From: a bacterium
Lineage (GTDB): Bacteria > UBA8248
Assembly (NCBI GenBank): GCA_965204535.1
Contig: CBDBEV010000001.1
Coordinates: forward strand, 992,001 to 1,056,000
Reading direction: 5' to 3'
Length of the DNA stretch: 64,000 nt
Part shown: one piece after another, positions 26,557 to 36,692 of the stretch
Numbering within the stretch: position 1 is the first letter of the stretch
Layout of the letters: each line of letters begins with the position of its first letter
The notes under the pieces: model-generated
Database searches by the model: none
Seen by the model: only the letters and a program-made list of their open reading frames with translations
Told to the model about the DNA's origin: nothing
Translations under genes and position numbers: made by a program

Positions 26557-28695
26557 ATGAGTCAGCCGGAAGGGCGCCTGGGCGCCGAGTGGATGGATGG
26601 GGGGGTGCGGTTTTCCCTTTTCTCAGAGCATGCGGAGGGGGTCGAGCTTTGCCTGTTCAACCCGGATGACCACGGCAGGGAGACGGCGCGTGTCCCTCTC
26701 GAACGGCATGGCGACATCTGGCGCGCGGAGGTGGAAGGCTTGGGGGCTGGACAGCCCTATGGATTCCGCGTCCACGGCCCCTATGACCCCGCGCATGGGC
26801 ATCGCTTCAACGGTTACAAGGTGCTGCTGGACCCGTATGCGCGGGCGATTGCGGGCGAGGTTCACTGGTGCGAGGAGATGTATGGCTACCGGGATGGCGA
26901 CATTCACCACTTCGATGCAAGGGACAACGCCCACGCGGCGCCCAAGAGCGTGCTCGTGGATTCTTCCTTCGATTGGGAGGAGGTCCCCCCGCCCGGGACG
27001 TCCTGGTCCGAGACCGTCGTATACGAGCTGCACGTCAAGGGTTTCACCATGCGGCATCCCGACGTGCCCGAAGAGCTCCGGGGCGCGTATTCGGGCCTGG
27101 CCCACCCTGCCGCGGTCGAATACCTGAAAGATCTGGGCGTAACGGCCATCGAGCTTTTGCCCGTTCATCACCGGGTCTCGGAGCAGCGTCTCCAGACGCT
27201 GGGGCTCTCCAATTACTGGGGGTACGCGACGCTCGGTTTTTTCGCGCCCGATGCGCGCTTTTCCAGCCGAGGGGATCGGGGCGGGCAGGTCGATGAGTTC
27301 AAGGAGATGGTGAAGACGTATCACCGCGCGGGAATCGAGGTGATTCTCGACGTGGCCTACAACCACACCGGGGAGGGGGATTTCCGGGGGCCGCATCTCT
27401 CTTTTCGCGGGCTCGACAACAGGGCCTATTACCGCGTGGATCCGAAGGATGAGAGCCGCTACGTCGACACGACCGGCTGCGGCAATTCGCTGAACGCCTC
27501 GCATCCGGCGGTCCTGCGCCTCATCGTGGACAGCCTGCGCTGCTGGGCGGAGGAGTTTCACGTCGACGGCTTCCGGTTCGACCTCGCTCCCACTCTCGCG
27601 CGGACGGAGAGGGGCTTCGACCCCGAATCCGCGTTTTTCAAGGCGGTCGCGGACGACCCTGTTCTCTCGAAGCGAAAGCTCATCGCCGAACCCTGGGATT
27701 TGGGCGAGAAGGGCTATCAACTGGGGAATTTCCCGAAAGGCTGGACGGAATGGAACGGGAAGTTCCGGGATGCGGCGCGCCGGTTCTGGCGCGCGGATTT
27801 CGACCAGGCGGCGGAGTTCGCCACGCGCGTGACGGGGAGCAGCGACGTTTTCGAGATCGGCGGGCGGGCCCCGCAAGCAAGCCTCAATTTTATCGCCTGT
27901 CACGACGGGTTCACGCTCGAGGATCTGGTGAGCTTTCAGCACAAGCACAATGATGCGAACAGGGAGGGCAACAACGACGGCGCGGATGAGGACCATAGCT
28001 GGAACGGCGGGGTGGAGGGCCCGACGGACGACCCCTTCGTATCGACCATGCGCGCGCGGCGCAAGAAGAATCTGCTCGCGAGCCTGTTTCTCGCCCAGGG
28101 CGTGCCGATGCTCCAGGCGGGAGACGAGTTCGGGCGCACGCAGTCGGGGAACAACAACGCCTATTGCCAGGACAACGGTACCTCCTGGGTGGACTGGGCT
28201 TTGGTGGAAAAAAACGGAAATCTGCTTTCTTTCGTGAAAAACCTCATCCGTTGGAGAGGGGCCCGGCAGGCGTTTCGGCGCACGGCGTTTTTCCCGCAAC
28301 AAAGCCGGGCCGAGGCGGAAAAACCCGAGCTCGTCTGGCTTCACCACTTGGGTCATGAATTGGGAGCGAATGAGTGGGATGTGAATTACATGAAGTGTCT
28401 GGGCTTCAGGTTGTGGGGAGCAAGGGAAGGAAATCTTTTTTCTCGGCACGAGCATGTGAATCGTGATACCTTCGTCGTGCTCATGAACGCTCATCATGAA
28501 GCGATACCCTTCGTTTTCCTCGAAGAAGACAGAATGAAGAGATGGACCGTCGTGATGGATACGTCTCAGGTCGATGAAAAAGGCTGGAACTGGCGGATTC
28601 ACTCGGGCGATTCCTACCTCCTCGCCGGAGAGACTCTGGCCTTGCTGAGAGTTCGCAACGAATCGCCCGTGGCGCAGGGGGAAGCGATCCTATGA
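26557..28695 (+). CDS. glgX: Glycogen debranching enzyme
   Basis: YELHVKGFT, NYWGY, DVAYNHT, DGFRFDLA, AEPWD, HDGFTL, NNNAYCQDN. Confidence 0.95.
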   Translation: MSQPEGRLGAEWMDGGVRFSLFSEHAEGVELCLFNPDDHGRETARVPLERHGDIWRAEVEGLGAGQPYGFRVHGPYDPAHGHRFNGYKVLLDPYARAIAGEVHWCEEMYGYRDGDIHHFDARDNAHAAPKSVLVDSSFDWEEVPPPGTSWSETVVYELHVKGFTMRHPDVPEELRGAYSGLAHPAAVEYLKDLGVTAIELLPVHHRVSEQRLQTLGLSNYWGYATLGFFAPDARFSSRGDRGGQVDEFKEMVKTYHRAGIEVILDVAYNHTGEGDFRGPHLSFRGLDNRAYYRVDPKDESRYVDTTGCGNSLNASHPAVLRLIVDSLRCWAEEFHVDGFRFDLAPTLARTERGFDPESAFFKAVADDPVLSKRKLIAEPWDLGEKGYQLGNFPKGWTEWNGKFRDAARRFWRADFDQAAEFATRVTGSSDVFEIGGRAPQASLNFIACHDGFTLEDLVSFQHKHNDANREGNNDGADEDHSWNGGVEGPTDDPFVSTMRARRKKNLLASLFLAQGVPMLQAGDEFGRTQSGNNNAYCQDNGTSWVDWALVEKNGNLLSFVKNLIRWRGARQAFRRTAFFPQQSRAEAEKPELVWLHHLGHELGANEWDVNYMKCLGFRLWGAREGNLFSRHEHVNRDTFVVLMNAHHEAIPFVFLEEDRMKRWTVVMDTSQVDEKGWNWRIHSGDSYLLAGETLALLRVRNESPVAQGEAIL

Positions 28696-30608
28696 GCGTC
28701 GTCCGCTACCCCGCGCTTTCCTACATCACGGATTACGACATTTACCTGTTCAACCAGGGCTCGCACTTCACCTTGTACGAAAAAATGGGCGCGCATCCGA
28801 TGACGGTGGACGGGGAAGAGGGCGTTCACTTCGCCGTATGGGCGCCGAATGCGGATTCGGTGAGCGTCATCGGGGATTTCAACGGCTGGGACGAGGACGC
28901 CCACCCGCTGGCTCCGGTGGAGAGCTCGGGAATATGGGCGGGGTTCATCCCGGGCGTGGGGACGGGTGAGGTCTACAAATACCGGATTCATTCGCAGTTC
29001 GGCGACTACCGTGTGGAAAAGGCGGATCCTTTCGGGTTCTACAGCGAGGTCCCTCCCAAGAGCGGCTCGGTCGTCTGGGACCTCGACTACGAATGGGGGG
29101 ATGGAAACTGGATGGAGTGCCGGGGCGCTTGCAACGGCCGCGAAGCACCCATCTCCATCTATGAGCTTCATATCGGCTCCTGGCGACGGGCGCCGCATCA
29201 GGAGGACCGCCCGCTCACCTACAGGGAACTCGCCCCCCAACTCGCCGAGCACATGCTCCACATGGGGTTCACCCACGTGGAATTCCTGCCGGTGATGGAG
29301 CACCCCTTCAACGGCTCATGGGGATATCAGATCACGGGCTACTTCTCGCCCACGAGCCGCTTCGGGACGCCTCAGGACTTGATGTATCTCATCGATTATC
29401 TCCACCAGCGCGGCTTGGGCGTGATACTCGACTGGGTGCCCTCGCACTTTCCCACGGACGGGCACGGGCTGGGCTTTTTCGACGGAACCCACCTCTACGA
29501 GCACGCCGACCCCCGGCGGGGGTTTCATCCCGATTGGCAGAGCCACATCTTCAATTACGGGCGTAACGAGGTCGCCGCCTTCCTGATAAACAGCGCCCTG
29601 TACTGGCTCGAAATTTTCCACGCCGACGGGCTGCGCGTCGACGGCGTGGCCTCGATGCTCTATCTCGATTATTCGAGGAAAGAGGGCGAGTGGCTTCCCA
29701 ACGAAGAGGGGGGCCGGGAGAATCTCGATGCCATTTCTTTCCTCAGGCGGCTGAACACCGAAGTCTATCGCCGGTTTCCCGACGTGCAGACCATCGCGGA
29801 AGAATCCACCGCCTGGCCGATGGTATCGAGACCCGTGGATACGGGGGGCCTGGGTTTCGGCATGAAGTGGGACATGGGCTGGATGCACGATTCGCTCGCG
29901 TACATGAAAAAAGACCCCGTCCACCGGAAATTTCACCACAAACTGCTCACGTTCCGGATGCTTTACGCCTATAACGAGAATTTCGTGCTGCCGCTCTCCC
30001 ACGACGAGGTGGTGCACGGCAAGAGCTCCCTGCTCGGGAAGATGCCGGGAGAGAGCGGACGGAAATTCGCGAACCTTCGCGCGCTCTACGGGCTGATGTT
30101 CGCCCAGCCCGGCAAGAAACTCCTCTTCATGGGCGGTGAATTCGGCCAGTGGCGCGAATGGAACCACGACGGCGCGCTCGACTGGGATTTGACCCAGGAA
30201 CCCTTGAGGGCGGGGCTGATGAAGTGGGTGCGCGACCTGAACGCCTTGTACCATCAGGAGCGCGCCCTGTTCCGGAGGGATTACGACCCGAGCGGCTTCA
30301 AGTGGGTGGCGGCGGATGCGGCCGATGACAGCGTTTTGGGGTTCGTGCGGGTCGCCACGGAGGATGAACCCATGCTGCTCGTGGCGGCGAACCTGACGCC
30401 CGTGCCCAGGATGCACTACCGGATGGGCGTTCCCGCCGACGGCGATTGGATCGAGGTGCTGAACAGCGATGCGGAAACCTACGGCGGCAGTGGCATGGGA
30501 AATCCCGACGGCTGCCACGCGGCGGCGGCGCCACTGAACGACCAGCCCTATTCCATCGAGATAACGCTGCCCCCGCTTGCGGTCGTTTATCTAAGAGAGA
30601 CGCATTAG
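28692..30608 (+). CDS. glgB: 1,4-alpha-glucan branching enzyme
   Basis: VWAPNA, SWGYQ, DWVPSHF, DGLRVDGVASMLY, AEEST, LSHDEVVHGK. Confidence 0.96.
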   Translation: MSVVRYPALSYITDYDIYLFNQGSHFTLYEKMGAHPMTVDGEEGVHFAVWAPNADSVSVIGDFNGWDEDAHPLAPVESSGIWAGFIPGVGTGEVYKYRIHSQFGDYRVEKADPFGFYSEVPPKSGSVVWDLDYEWGDGNWMECRGACNGREAPISIYELHIGSWRRAPHQEDRPLTYRELAPQLAEHMLHMGFTHVEFLPVMEHPFNGSWGYQITGYFSPTSRFGTPQDLMYLIDYLHQRGLGVILDWVPSHFPTDGHGLGFFDGTHLYEHADPRRGFHPDWQSHIFNYGRNEVAAFLINSALYWLEIFHADGLRVDGVASMLYLDYSRKEGEWLPNEEGGRENLDAISFLRRLNTEVYRRFPDVQTIAEESTAWPMVSRPVDTGGLGFGMKWDMGWMHDSLAYMKKDPVHRKFHHKLLTFRMLYAYNENFVLPLSHDEVVHGKSSLLGKMPGESGRKFANLRALYGLMFAQPGKKLLFMGGEFGQWREWNHDGALDWDLTQEPLRAGLMKWVRDLNALYHQERALFRRDYDPSGFKWVAADAADDSVLGFVRVATEDEPMLLVAANLTPVPRMHYRMGVPADGDWIEVLNSDAETYGGSGMGNPDGCHAAAAPLNDQPYSIEITLPPLAVVYLRETH

Positions 30609-30659
30609 GCGCTCCCGACCAGGGAGGAGGAATCCTGGTAGGGACAACCCCCCGTGGTT

Positions 30660-30976
30660 GGGGTTGTTGAAAAAGTCCAATGAAGGAGGGTTGCAGGTTT
30701 TGTAGTAGGGACAGGTCGCAACCTTTCACTACGGCCTACCCAAGGAGAGGGGAAATTCACTCCCCCCTTGAGGGGGAGTCAGTGAGCTAAGGGCGTAAGC
30801 CCGCAAGCGAACTGGTGGGGGGAGGTTTTAATTTGGAATCGTCCCCCCACCGATTCAGCCGTCGCACAAAACGCTCGGCTTCATCGACTCCCCCTCAAGG
30901 GGGGAGTTGATTTGGAAATCTCCTCGCTGGAAAGAGATTTCCATAGGGGTCGAACACCGACTTTTTCAACAGCCCC
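30660..30976. mobile_element. MITE-like composite with IS1182-like ends carrying REP-like palindromes
   Basis: GGGGTTGTTGAAAAAGTC ... GACTTTTTCAACAGCCCC; contains GTAGGGACAGGTCGCAACC and the 30756-30914 palindromic element; directly follows a truncated GTAGGGACAACCCCCCGTGGTTG REP. Confidence 0.7.
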
Positions 30977-31043
30977 GAGGCGAGAAGGTTGCGAATGACG
31001 ACGACATGATTGGGGCGACGCGGCGCGTCCGCCCTGTTTGTGT

Positions 31044-31676
31044 CTAATACAGGCCCGTCTTGTATCTCTCCTGAATGCCCTTGTTGAGTTCCTCTCCGTC
31101 GTCGTAGCCGTCTTCGGCTATCTGATCGGAGAGCATCTGCCCCATCGAGGGGAAAGACTTTCTTTCGATGTGTTTTTCCGCGTTCCAGAGGTCCGCGCGG
31201 ATGAGGGCCTTTCCGCAGTGGAGATACACGTCGTCCACGTCGACGATCATCGCCGACCGGGGGAGCCTGCCCTTCACCGAGTGCGGTTCGAGGACTTCGG
31301 GGTCGGTGGTGATGCGCGCCCGCCCGTTCACGCGCAGCGTCTCGCACATGCCGGGCACGAGGAAGAGGAGGCCGACGTGGTTGTTCTCCACGATGTTGCT
31401 CATGGTGTCGACGCGGTTGTTGCCCGGCCTGTCGGGGATGATCAGCGTGCTCTCGTCAATCACCTTGACGAATCCGGGCGGGTCCCCTTTCGGGGATGCG
31501 TCCGCGCCTTCCGGCGTGGCGGAGGAGATGACCATGAACGGAGACAGGGCGATGAAGTTCTTGGCGTGCTCGTCGAGCTTCGCCATCTGCTTCTTGACGC
31601 TGCGCTCGTTGGCCGGGCCGTAGAACTCGCGAAGCTCTTCTTTGGTTTCTATCCTGGACGCTGTCGTTTGCTCCAT
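31044..31676 (-). CDS. Pyridoxamine 5'-phosphate oxidase-family (split-barrel) flavoprotein
   Basis: DASPKGDPPGFV, PDRPGNNR.D, LLFLVPG..ETLRVNG, Y.HCGKAL. Confidence 0.9.
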   Translation of the reverse strand: MEQTTASRIETKEELREFYGPANERSVKKQMAKLDEHAKNFIALSPFMVISSATPEGADASPKGDPPGFVKVIDESTLIIPDRPGNNRVDTMSNIVENNHVGLLFLVPGMCETLRVNGRARITTDPEVLEPHSVKGRLPRSAMIVDVDDVYLHCGKALIRADLWNAEKHIERKSFPSMGQMLSDQIAEDGYDDGEELNKGIQERYKTGLY

Positions 31677-31701
31677 CGAATCGTCTCCCTCCGGGGGATA
31701 T

Positions 31702-31776
31702 TGGAGGCGCCACCCGGATTCGAACCGGGGAATAAAGGATTTGCAGTCCTCTGCCTTACCACTTGGCTATGGCGCC
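31702..31776 (-). tRNA. tRNA-Cys (GCA)
   Basis: Reverse complement GGCGCCATAGCCAAGTGGTAAGGCAGAGGACTGCAAATCCTTTATTCCCCGGTTCGAATCCGGGTGGCGCCTCCA: cloverleaf, GCA anticodon, encoded CCA. Confidence 0.97.
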
Positions 31777-31971
31777 GGGGTGTCGGGGCGTGATGCCCGA
31801 AATCAAGAATCTTTATTATCCTACCTGAACCGGCGTTGTCCAGCGAGTGGCATTCATCCTCTTGTGTTCATTCGGCTCGCCCGATAGGCGAGGGCGCGGC
31901 TTTTGGATTAGACTGGCTTCATCCGGCCCGCCCGGAAGGACGGGTTCGCACACTTTTCGAGGGAGGGATTC

Positions 31972-33036
31972 ATGTCGGCGCATCCAGCAGTGGAAAACGC
32001 GCCCGCGTATGCGGATTCCGCCTTCATGCGCGCCTGCCGGGGACTTCCCAACGCGAGGACGCCCGTCTGGCTCATGCGTCAGGCGGGCAGGTACATGCGC
32101 GAGTACCGCGCCGTTCGCGAGAAGGTTTCCTTCATCGAGCTTTGCCGCACGCCCGATCTGGCCGCCGAGGTCGCCGTCACGGCCCTCGACGCCATCGGGG
32201 CGGACGCCGCCATCCTGTTCTCGGACATTCTGCTCATCTTACAGCCCATGGGCATGGACCTGGAATACCTGGAGGGAGGCCCCGTTCTCCACAACCCGGT
32301 CCGGGAGGCTTCGGACGTGGAGGGGTTGAGAGAGTCGGAGCCGCGGGAAAGTCTCGCCTTCGTGTACGAGGCGGTCCGTAAGACCAGGGCGCAGATGAAT
32401 CCCGCCCTTCCGCTCATCGGCTTTTGCGGCGCGCCCTTCACGCTGGCGTCTTATATGATCGAAGGCGGCGGCTCGCGCAATTTCGAGAACACGAAAAAGT
32501 TCATGTATGCCGATTCGGGCGCGTGGCATGCGCTAATGGAAAAGCTCGTGCGGGGGCTGATCATCTACCTGAACGAACAGATTCGCGCGGGCGCGCAGGC
32601 GGTGCAGATTTTCGACAGCTGGGTGGGGTGCCTCTCGCCCGCTGATTTCCGGGAGTTCGTCCTGCCGCACAGCCGCGCGCTGATCGCGGGAATCGAAAAG
32701 GGCGCGCCCGTCATCCACTTCGGCACGGGAACCGCGCCCTATCTGGAAGCGTTCGCGGGAGCGGGCGGCGACGTGGCGGGGGTGGATTTCCGCGTGGAAC
32801 TGGCCGACGCCAGAGAGCGTCTGGGCGATATGGGGGTGCAGGGGAACCTCGACCCGTGCGTCCTGTTCGCGGCGCCTGAGCGTATCTATGAGCGGGCGGA
32901 GGCCATCCTGCGTCAGGGGGCTGTGTGTCCGGGCCACATATTCAACTTGGGACACGGGATTCTGCCGGGCACGCCGATCGACAACGTCAAGAGACTCATC
33001 GGGTTCGTTCAGGAATGGGAAGCGGAGGCCGAATGA
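31972..33036 (+). CDS. hemE: Uroporphyrinogen decarboxylase
   Basis: PVWLMRQAGRY, AAILFSDIL, GAPFTLASY, QIFDSW, QGNLDP, FNLGHG. Confidence 0.97.
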   Translation: MSAHPAVENAPAYADSAFMRACRGLPNARTPVWLMRQAGRYMREYRAVREKVSFIELCRTPDLAAEVAVTALDAIGADAAILFSDILLILQPMGMDLEYLEGGPVLHNPVREASDVEGLRESEPRESLAFVYEAVRKTRAQMNPALPLIGFCGAPFTLASYMIEGGGSRNFENTKKFMYADSGAWHALMEKLVRGLIIYLNEQIRAGAQAVQIFDSWVGCLSPADFREFVLPHSRALIAGIEKGAPVIHFGTGTAPYLEAFAGAGGDVAGVDFRVELADARERLGDMGVQGNLDPCVLFAAPERIYERAEAILRQGAVCPGHIFNLGHGILPGTPIDNVKRLIGFVQEWEAEAE

Positions 33037-33998
33037 GGGGCGCGTTCGATTCCATTATCATGATCGGCTTCGGCGGCCCCACGCGGGGCTGCTGTCGCCG
33101 CTACGAGGAATGCCCGGGCGAGGCGTATTGCTACGTGGAGGGCATCGTGGGACAGAGGTCGGGCGGCCCCGAGCGCATAAGAGAGGTGGCCGCGCACTAT
33201 GAATACTTCGGCGGCGTATCGCCCTTCACGTTTTTCTCTCAGAAACAGGCGGGCGCGCTCGAGATGGCGCTCGAACGAGCGGGCTTAGGGATTCCCGTCT
33301 ATACGGGCTATCGCTTCTGGACGCCCTACGTGAAGGAGACGCTGGCCGAGATGGGGGGGCGCGGGCTCAGGCGCGCCCTGGGCGTCATATTGGCCCCTCA
33401 TCGTACGAAAATAAGCTGGGAGGCTTATCGGGGCGCCGTCGCCTCGGCGCGCGAGGAGTTGGGCGAAGATGCGCCCGAAGTCGAATTTCTCGAAAAGCCC
33501 TGGCACGAGCATCCGGGCTTCATCGACGCCGTCGCCGAGCGAATGAGGCAAGCCCTCCCCGAAGAGGACGGCCTGGATGTGGCGAGAGTCATCTTTACGG
33601 CCCACTCCATACCCGTTTCCATGGCGAAAGCCTCTTCTTATGAGGAGGAATTCCGGGAAACGGCGGCTCTCGTGGCGCAAAAACTGGGTCTTGAGAGCTA
33701 CGAGGTTGGCTTTCAGAGCAGCCCGGACGTTCCTCCCGGCACCTGGCTCGGCCCGGACGTGACGGAGGTGATCGGAAGCGTCGCCGCCGCCGGTGGCGCA
33801 AAGGCCGTTCTGCTCGCGCCCGTCGGTTTCATATGCGACCACGTGGAGGTGCTCTTCGACTTGGACATCGAGGCGCGCGAAGCGGCCGAAGCGGCGGGGC
33901 TTCGCTTCTACCGTGCGCCCACGGTGGGCACGCACCCCGCCTTCATCGGGATGCTCTCGAACCTGGTGCGCGCGAAGATGGCGGAGAGCGGAAGTTGA
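33033..33998 (+). CDS. hemH: Ferrochelatase (coproporphyrin-type like)
   Basis: GFGGP, Y..FGGVSP, FTAHSIP, FQS......WLGPDV, PVGFICDHVEVLFDLD. Confidence 0.92.
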   Translation: MRGAFDSIIMIGFGGPTRGCCRRYEECPGEAYCYVEGIVGQRSGGPERIREVAAHYEYFGGVSPFTFFSQKQAGALEMALERAGLGIPVYTGYRFWTPYVKETLAEMGGRGLRRALGVILAPHRTKISWEAYRGAVASAREELGEDAPEVEFLEKPWHEHPGFIDAVAERMRQALPEEDGLDVARVIFTAHSIPVSMAKASSYEEEFRETAALVAQKLGLESYEVGFQSSPDVPPGTWLGPDVTEVIGSVAAAGGAKAVLLAPVGFICDHVEVLFDLDIEAREAAEAAGLRFYRAPTVGTHPAFIGMLSNLVRAKMAESGS

Positions 33999-35431
33999 CC
34001 GCAAAAACCCGGCGGGTGGTCGTGCTTGGCGGGGGGGTGACGGGGCTTGTCGCCTGCTACCGGCTCCTTGAGGCCTCGAAGGCGCAGAATCTCTCTCTGG
34101 ATATTCATCTCATAGAAGCGTCTCACAGGCTCGGCGGCGTTATCGAGACCGAATTCTCAGACGGTGTCCTGATGGAAAAAGGCCCGGACTGTTTTCTCAC
34201 CTCGAAGCCTGAGGGCGTCGAACTCTGCGAAGAGTTGGGGCTCGGAAGTCAACTCATCGGCACGAACGAGCGCCATCGCCGCAGCTTCGTCCTGAGGGGC
34301 GACGAACTGCTCCCCGTGCCCCAGGGATATTACCTTCTCGCGCCATACCAAATCGGTCCGTTCTTGATGAGTCCCGTCTTCAGCCCGCTCGGCAAGCTAC
34401 GGATGGCGATGGACGTTCTCCTGCCCAGAAGAGGCGGAGATGCGGATGAGTCCCTCGCCGATTTCGTGCGCAGGCGCTTCGGGCGCGAGGCGTTAGAGCG
34501 GATGGCGCAGCCCATGGTGGCGGGCATCTATTCGGCCGACCCCGAAAGCTTGAGCCTGAAGGCCACCATGCCGCAGTTCCACGAGATAGAGCGCGAGCAC
34601 AGGAGCCTCATCCTGGGACTCAGAAAGCGGATGCAAAAACGAGGAACTGACGAAGGAGTATCGGCGAGCGGGCCGAGGTACGGCCTGTTCGTGAGTTTCG
34701 CGCGAGGGATGGGCGCCTTGGCAGACGCTCTGGCGGAGAAGATTTCAGGCGCTTCCGTTCGAACGGGATGCCGGGCGGAATTGATCGAGAAAAAAGAACA
34801 GGGTTGGCGCGTTCGTCTTGAGGACGGGGAGGGGGTGGACGCCGCTGCGGTCTGCGTCACCCTGCCGCCTCGCGCGGCGGCGCGGATGCTGGAGAAAGCC
34901 ACACCCGGTATTTCGGCAGAGTTGATGAGCATCCCGAGCGGTTCTCTGGCGACGCTCAACCTCGTCTACCGGGCCGGGCAGGTGGCGAATCCACTCCATG
35001 CGATGGGTTTCGTCGTACCGGCGATAGAGAACAAGACGCTCCTTGCGTGCTCATTTTCGAGCACCAAGTTCGCGGGCAGAGCCCCCGAGGGCAAGGTGCT
35101 CATCCGCGCCTTCGCGGGAGGGGAGGCCGCCTCCCGGGCCGGGCTTTCGGATGAGGAACTCACCCGGAACCTGATCACTGAGCTTCACCCGATTCTGGGG
35201 ATTTCGGGAGAACCCGAAGGAAAAGTCTTTTATCGCTACGAGGAATCCCTGCCGCATTATCTGGTGGGCCACTTGGAGAAAGTAGGCAGAATAGAGGATG
35301 GACTGAGCGCAACGCCGGGTCTCGCTCTCGCCGGCAACGCCTACCGGGGAGTCGGGATTCCCGATTGCGTGAAATCTGCGGGTGATGCGGCGGAGAAGAT
35401 TTTAGGCGATTTGCGGGCTATCAATTCCTGA
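33995..35431 (+). CDS. hemY: Proto/coproporphyrinogen oxidase HemY
   Basis: GGGVTGL, RLGGVIET, EKGPDCF, GIYSADP, Y.GVGIPDCV; TTG overlapping hemH stop. Confidence 0.92.
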   Translation: MTAKTRRVVVLGGGVTGLVACYRLLEASKAQNLSLDIHLIEASHRLGGVIETEFSDGVLMEKGPDCFLTSKPEGVELCEELGLGSQLIGTNERHRRSFVLRGDELLPVPQGYYLLAPYQIGPFLMSPVFSPLGKLRMAMDVLLPRRGGDADESLADFVRRRFGREALERMAQPMVAGIYSADPESLSLKATMPQFHEIEREHRSLILGLRKRMQKRGTDEGVSASGPRYGLFVSFARGMGALADALAEKISGASVRTGCRAELIEKKEQGWRVRLEDGEGVDAAAVCVTLPPRAAARMLEKATPGISAELMSIPSGSLATLNLVYRAGQVANPLHAMGFVVPAIENKTLLACSFSSTKFAGRAPEGKVLIRAFAGGEAASRAGLSDEELTRNLITELHPILGISGEPEGKVFYRYEESLPHYLVGHLEKVGRIEDGLSATPGLALAGNAYRGVGIPDCVKSAGDAAEKILGDLRAINS

Positions 35432-35556
35432 GGAAAAAGAAGAGAATAGAGACGGGGCGCGTCCGTGGTCTCGTTTTGTTTGACCCGGCGCGGCGGCATT
35501 TGGTATCAACACCTGCTTGCGTTTTTTTGGTTTTCGGTCCTGACGGAGACGTTTCG

Positions 35557-36057
35557 ATGTTCGACGACGACATGCAGCGCGATTTCCACAGGCAGGTGAG
35601 CGAGGAGATACGCATCCTCCAGCGGCCTTACGTGGGCATCGTCTCGGGCTATCACGAACTCGGCTACCGGGTGCTGGGGCCGGAGGTGGAAGAGCAGGCG
35701 GGTTCGGTCCAGATATCCGGCAAGCTGCTGGTGTCTCCCAAGCTGGTGTGGACGCCCGCCGAGGCGCAGAAGACGTTCGGCGAGATTTTCGAGGATTCCG
35801 AGATGATGGATTCCGACCTCATCGGCCGCGTGTTCGCGTTCCCCGCCGTGGCGGCGGGCAATTTCAACATCGAGAACGAGCACCTCAAGATCACCCACCA
35901 CGAGTGGAGCCCGGAGGTCCTGGTGGAAAAGGTGCTGAACGAACTCGCGCGTCTGGAGACCACGGACACCGCCGTCGTCCGCACGCCGGACATCCGGTTC
36001 TACCCCCTGGCCGTTCAGCGGTTCATCCACGAAATCCTGAAAGAGGAATTTTCCTGA
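35557..36057 (+). CDS. Hypothetical protein (166 aa)
   Basis: GGAG RBS, strong host-like codon bias, no recognised motif. Confidence 0.7.
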   Translation: MFDDDMQRDFHRQVSEEIRILQRPYVGIVSGYHELGYRVLGPEVEEQAGSVQISGKLLVSPKLVWTPAEAQKTFGEIFEDSEMMDSDLIGRVFAFPAVAAGNFNIENEHLKITHHEWSPEVLVEKVLNELARLETTDTAVVRTPDIRFYPLAVQRFIHEILKEEFS

Positions 36058-36060
36058 TCC

Positions 36061-36525
36061 GGGGCCGTTGAAAAAGTCCTGATGAGGGAGAGGTTTGTTC
36101 CGTAGTGGGCCGTTCTCGTGAACGGCCCTTGCCGGAGAAACGGGCGCTTCACGAAGCGCCCCTACGACACCCTTCCGGAGAGATCACAACACCCGTCATT
36201 CCGGCGAAAGCCGGAATCCAGAGCCGATGCGAATACCTGGGGCCGAGGGAAACCCGCCGCCCGTATCGGACGCCGCATTTTCGCCTTCTTCCACTCCCGT
36301 CCGCCTGGATTCCGGCATGCGCCGGAATGACGAACGAAACCGCAAGGGCTGTAGGGACAGGCCCCCGTGCCTGTCCGATGCCCTGTTCTGCAAGAGACGA
36401 CCACAGGGGACAGGGCGGGCACAGTCGAACTTCCCGAAGAGGGAAGTTCGACGCCCCTACAAACCCTCCCTCTCCGGCCGGCTCCATGCGCAGAACCACG
36501 AAATCAGGCCTTTTCCAACAGCCCC
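36061..36525. mobile_element. MITE-like composite with IS1182-like ends packed with REP-like palindromes
   Basis: GGGGCCGTTGAAAAAG...CTTTTCCAACAGCCCC; inner GTCATTCCGGCGAAAGCCGGAATCCA...TGGATTCCGGCATGCGCCGGAATGAC (36195-36331) and GTAGGGACAGGCCCCCGTGCCTGTCC. Confidence 0.7.
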
Positions 36526-36554
36526 TTGACGGGAAGATGAAAAGCCGGCGTATT

Positions 36555-36597
36555 GTCATTCCGCTTGAAAATGGATTCCGGCTTTCGCCGGAATGAC
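36555..36597. repeat. GTCATTCC...GGAATGAC palindromic repeat
   Basis: Same termini as 36195-36331. Confidence 0.7.
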
Positions 36598-36692
36598 GGC
36601 AATCTCGGCTTTGCCGGGCTTTTTCAGCAGCTCCCTCTTGATCCGGGTTCCCCGTCCGGGGCGCGATGCCGGTGTTCTCTGCTTTTTCCGTT

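Noticed and set aside
26623-28602. Long antisense ORFs (e.g. 659 aa opposite glgX, 742 aa opposite DUF1302, 497 aa opposite the transposase)
   Set aside because: Shadow ORFs expected from high GC3 on the coding strand; no recognisable motifs
28200-28620. AT-richer 3' end of glgX as a foreign segment
   Set aside because: Frame is intact and the C-terminal domain of GlgX is generally variable; the signal is weak
31702-31776. tRNA-Cys as an integration site
   Set aside because: No integrase and no duplicated tRNA 3' end seen in the window
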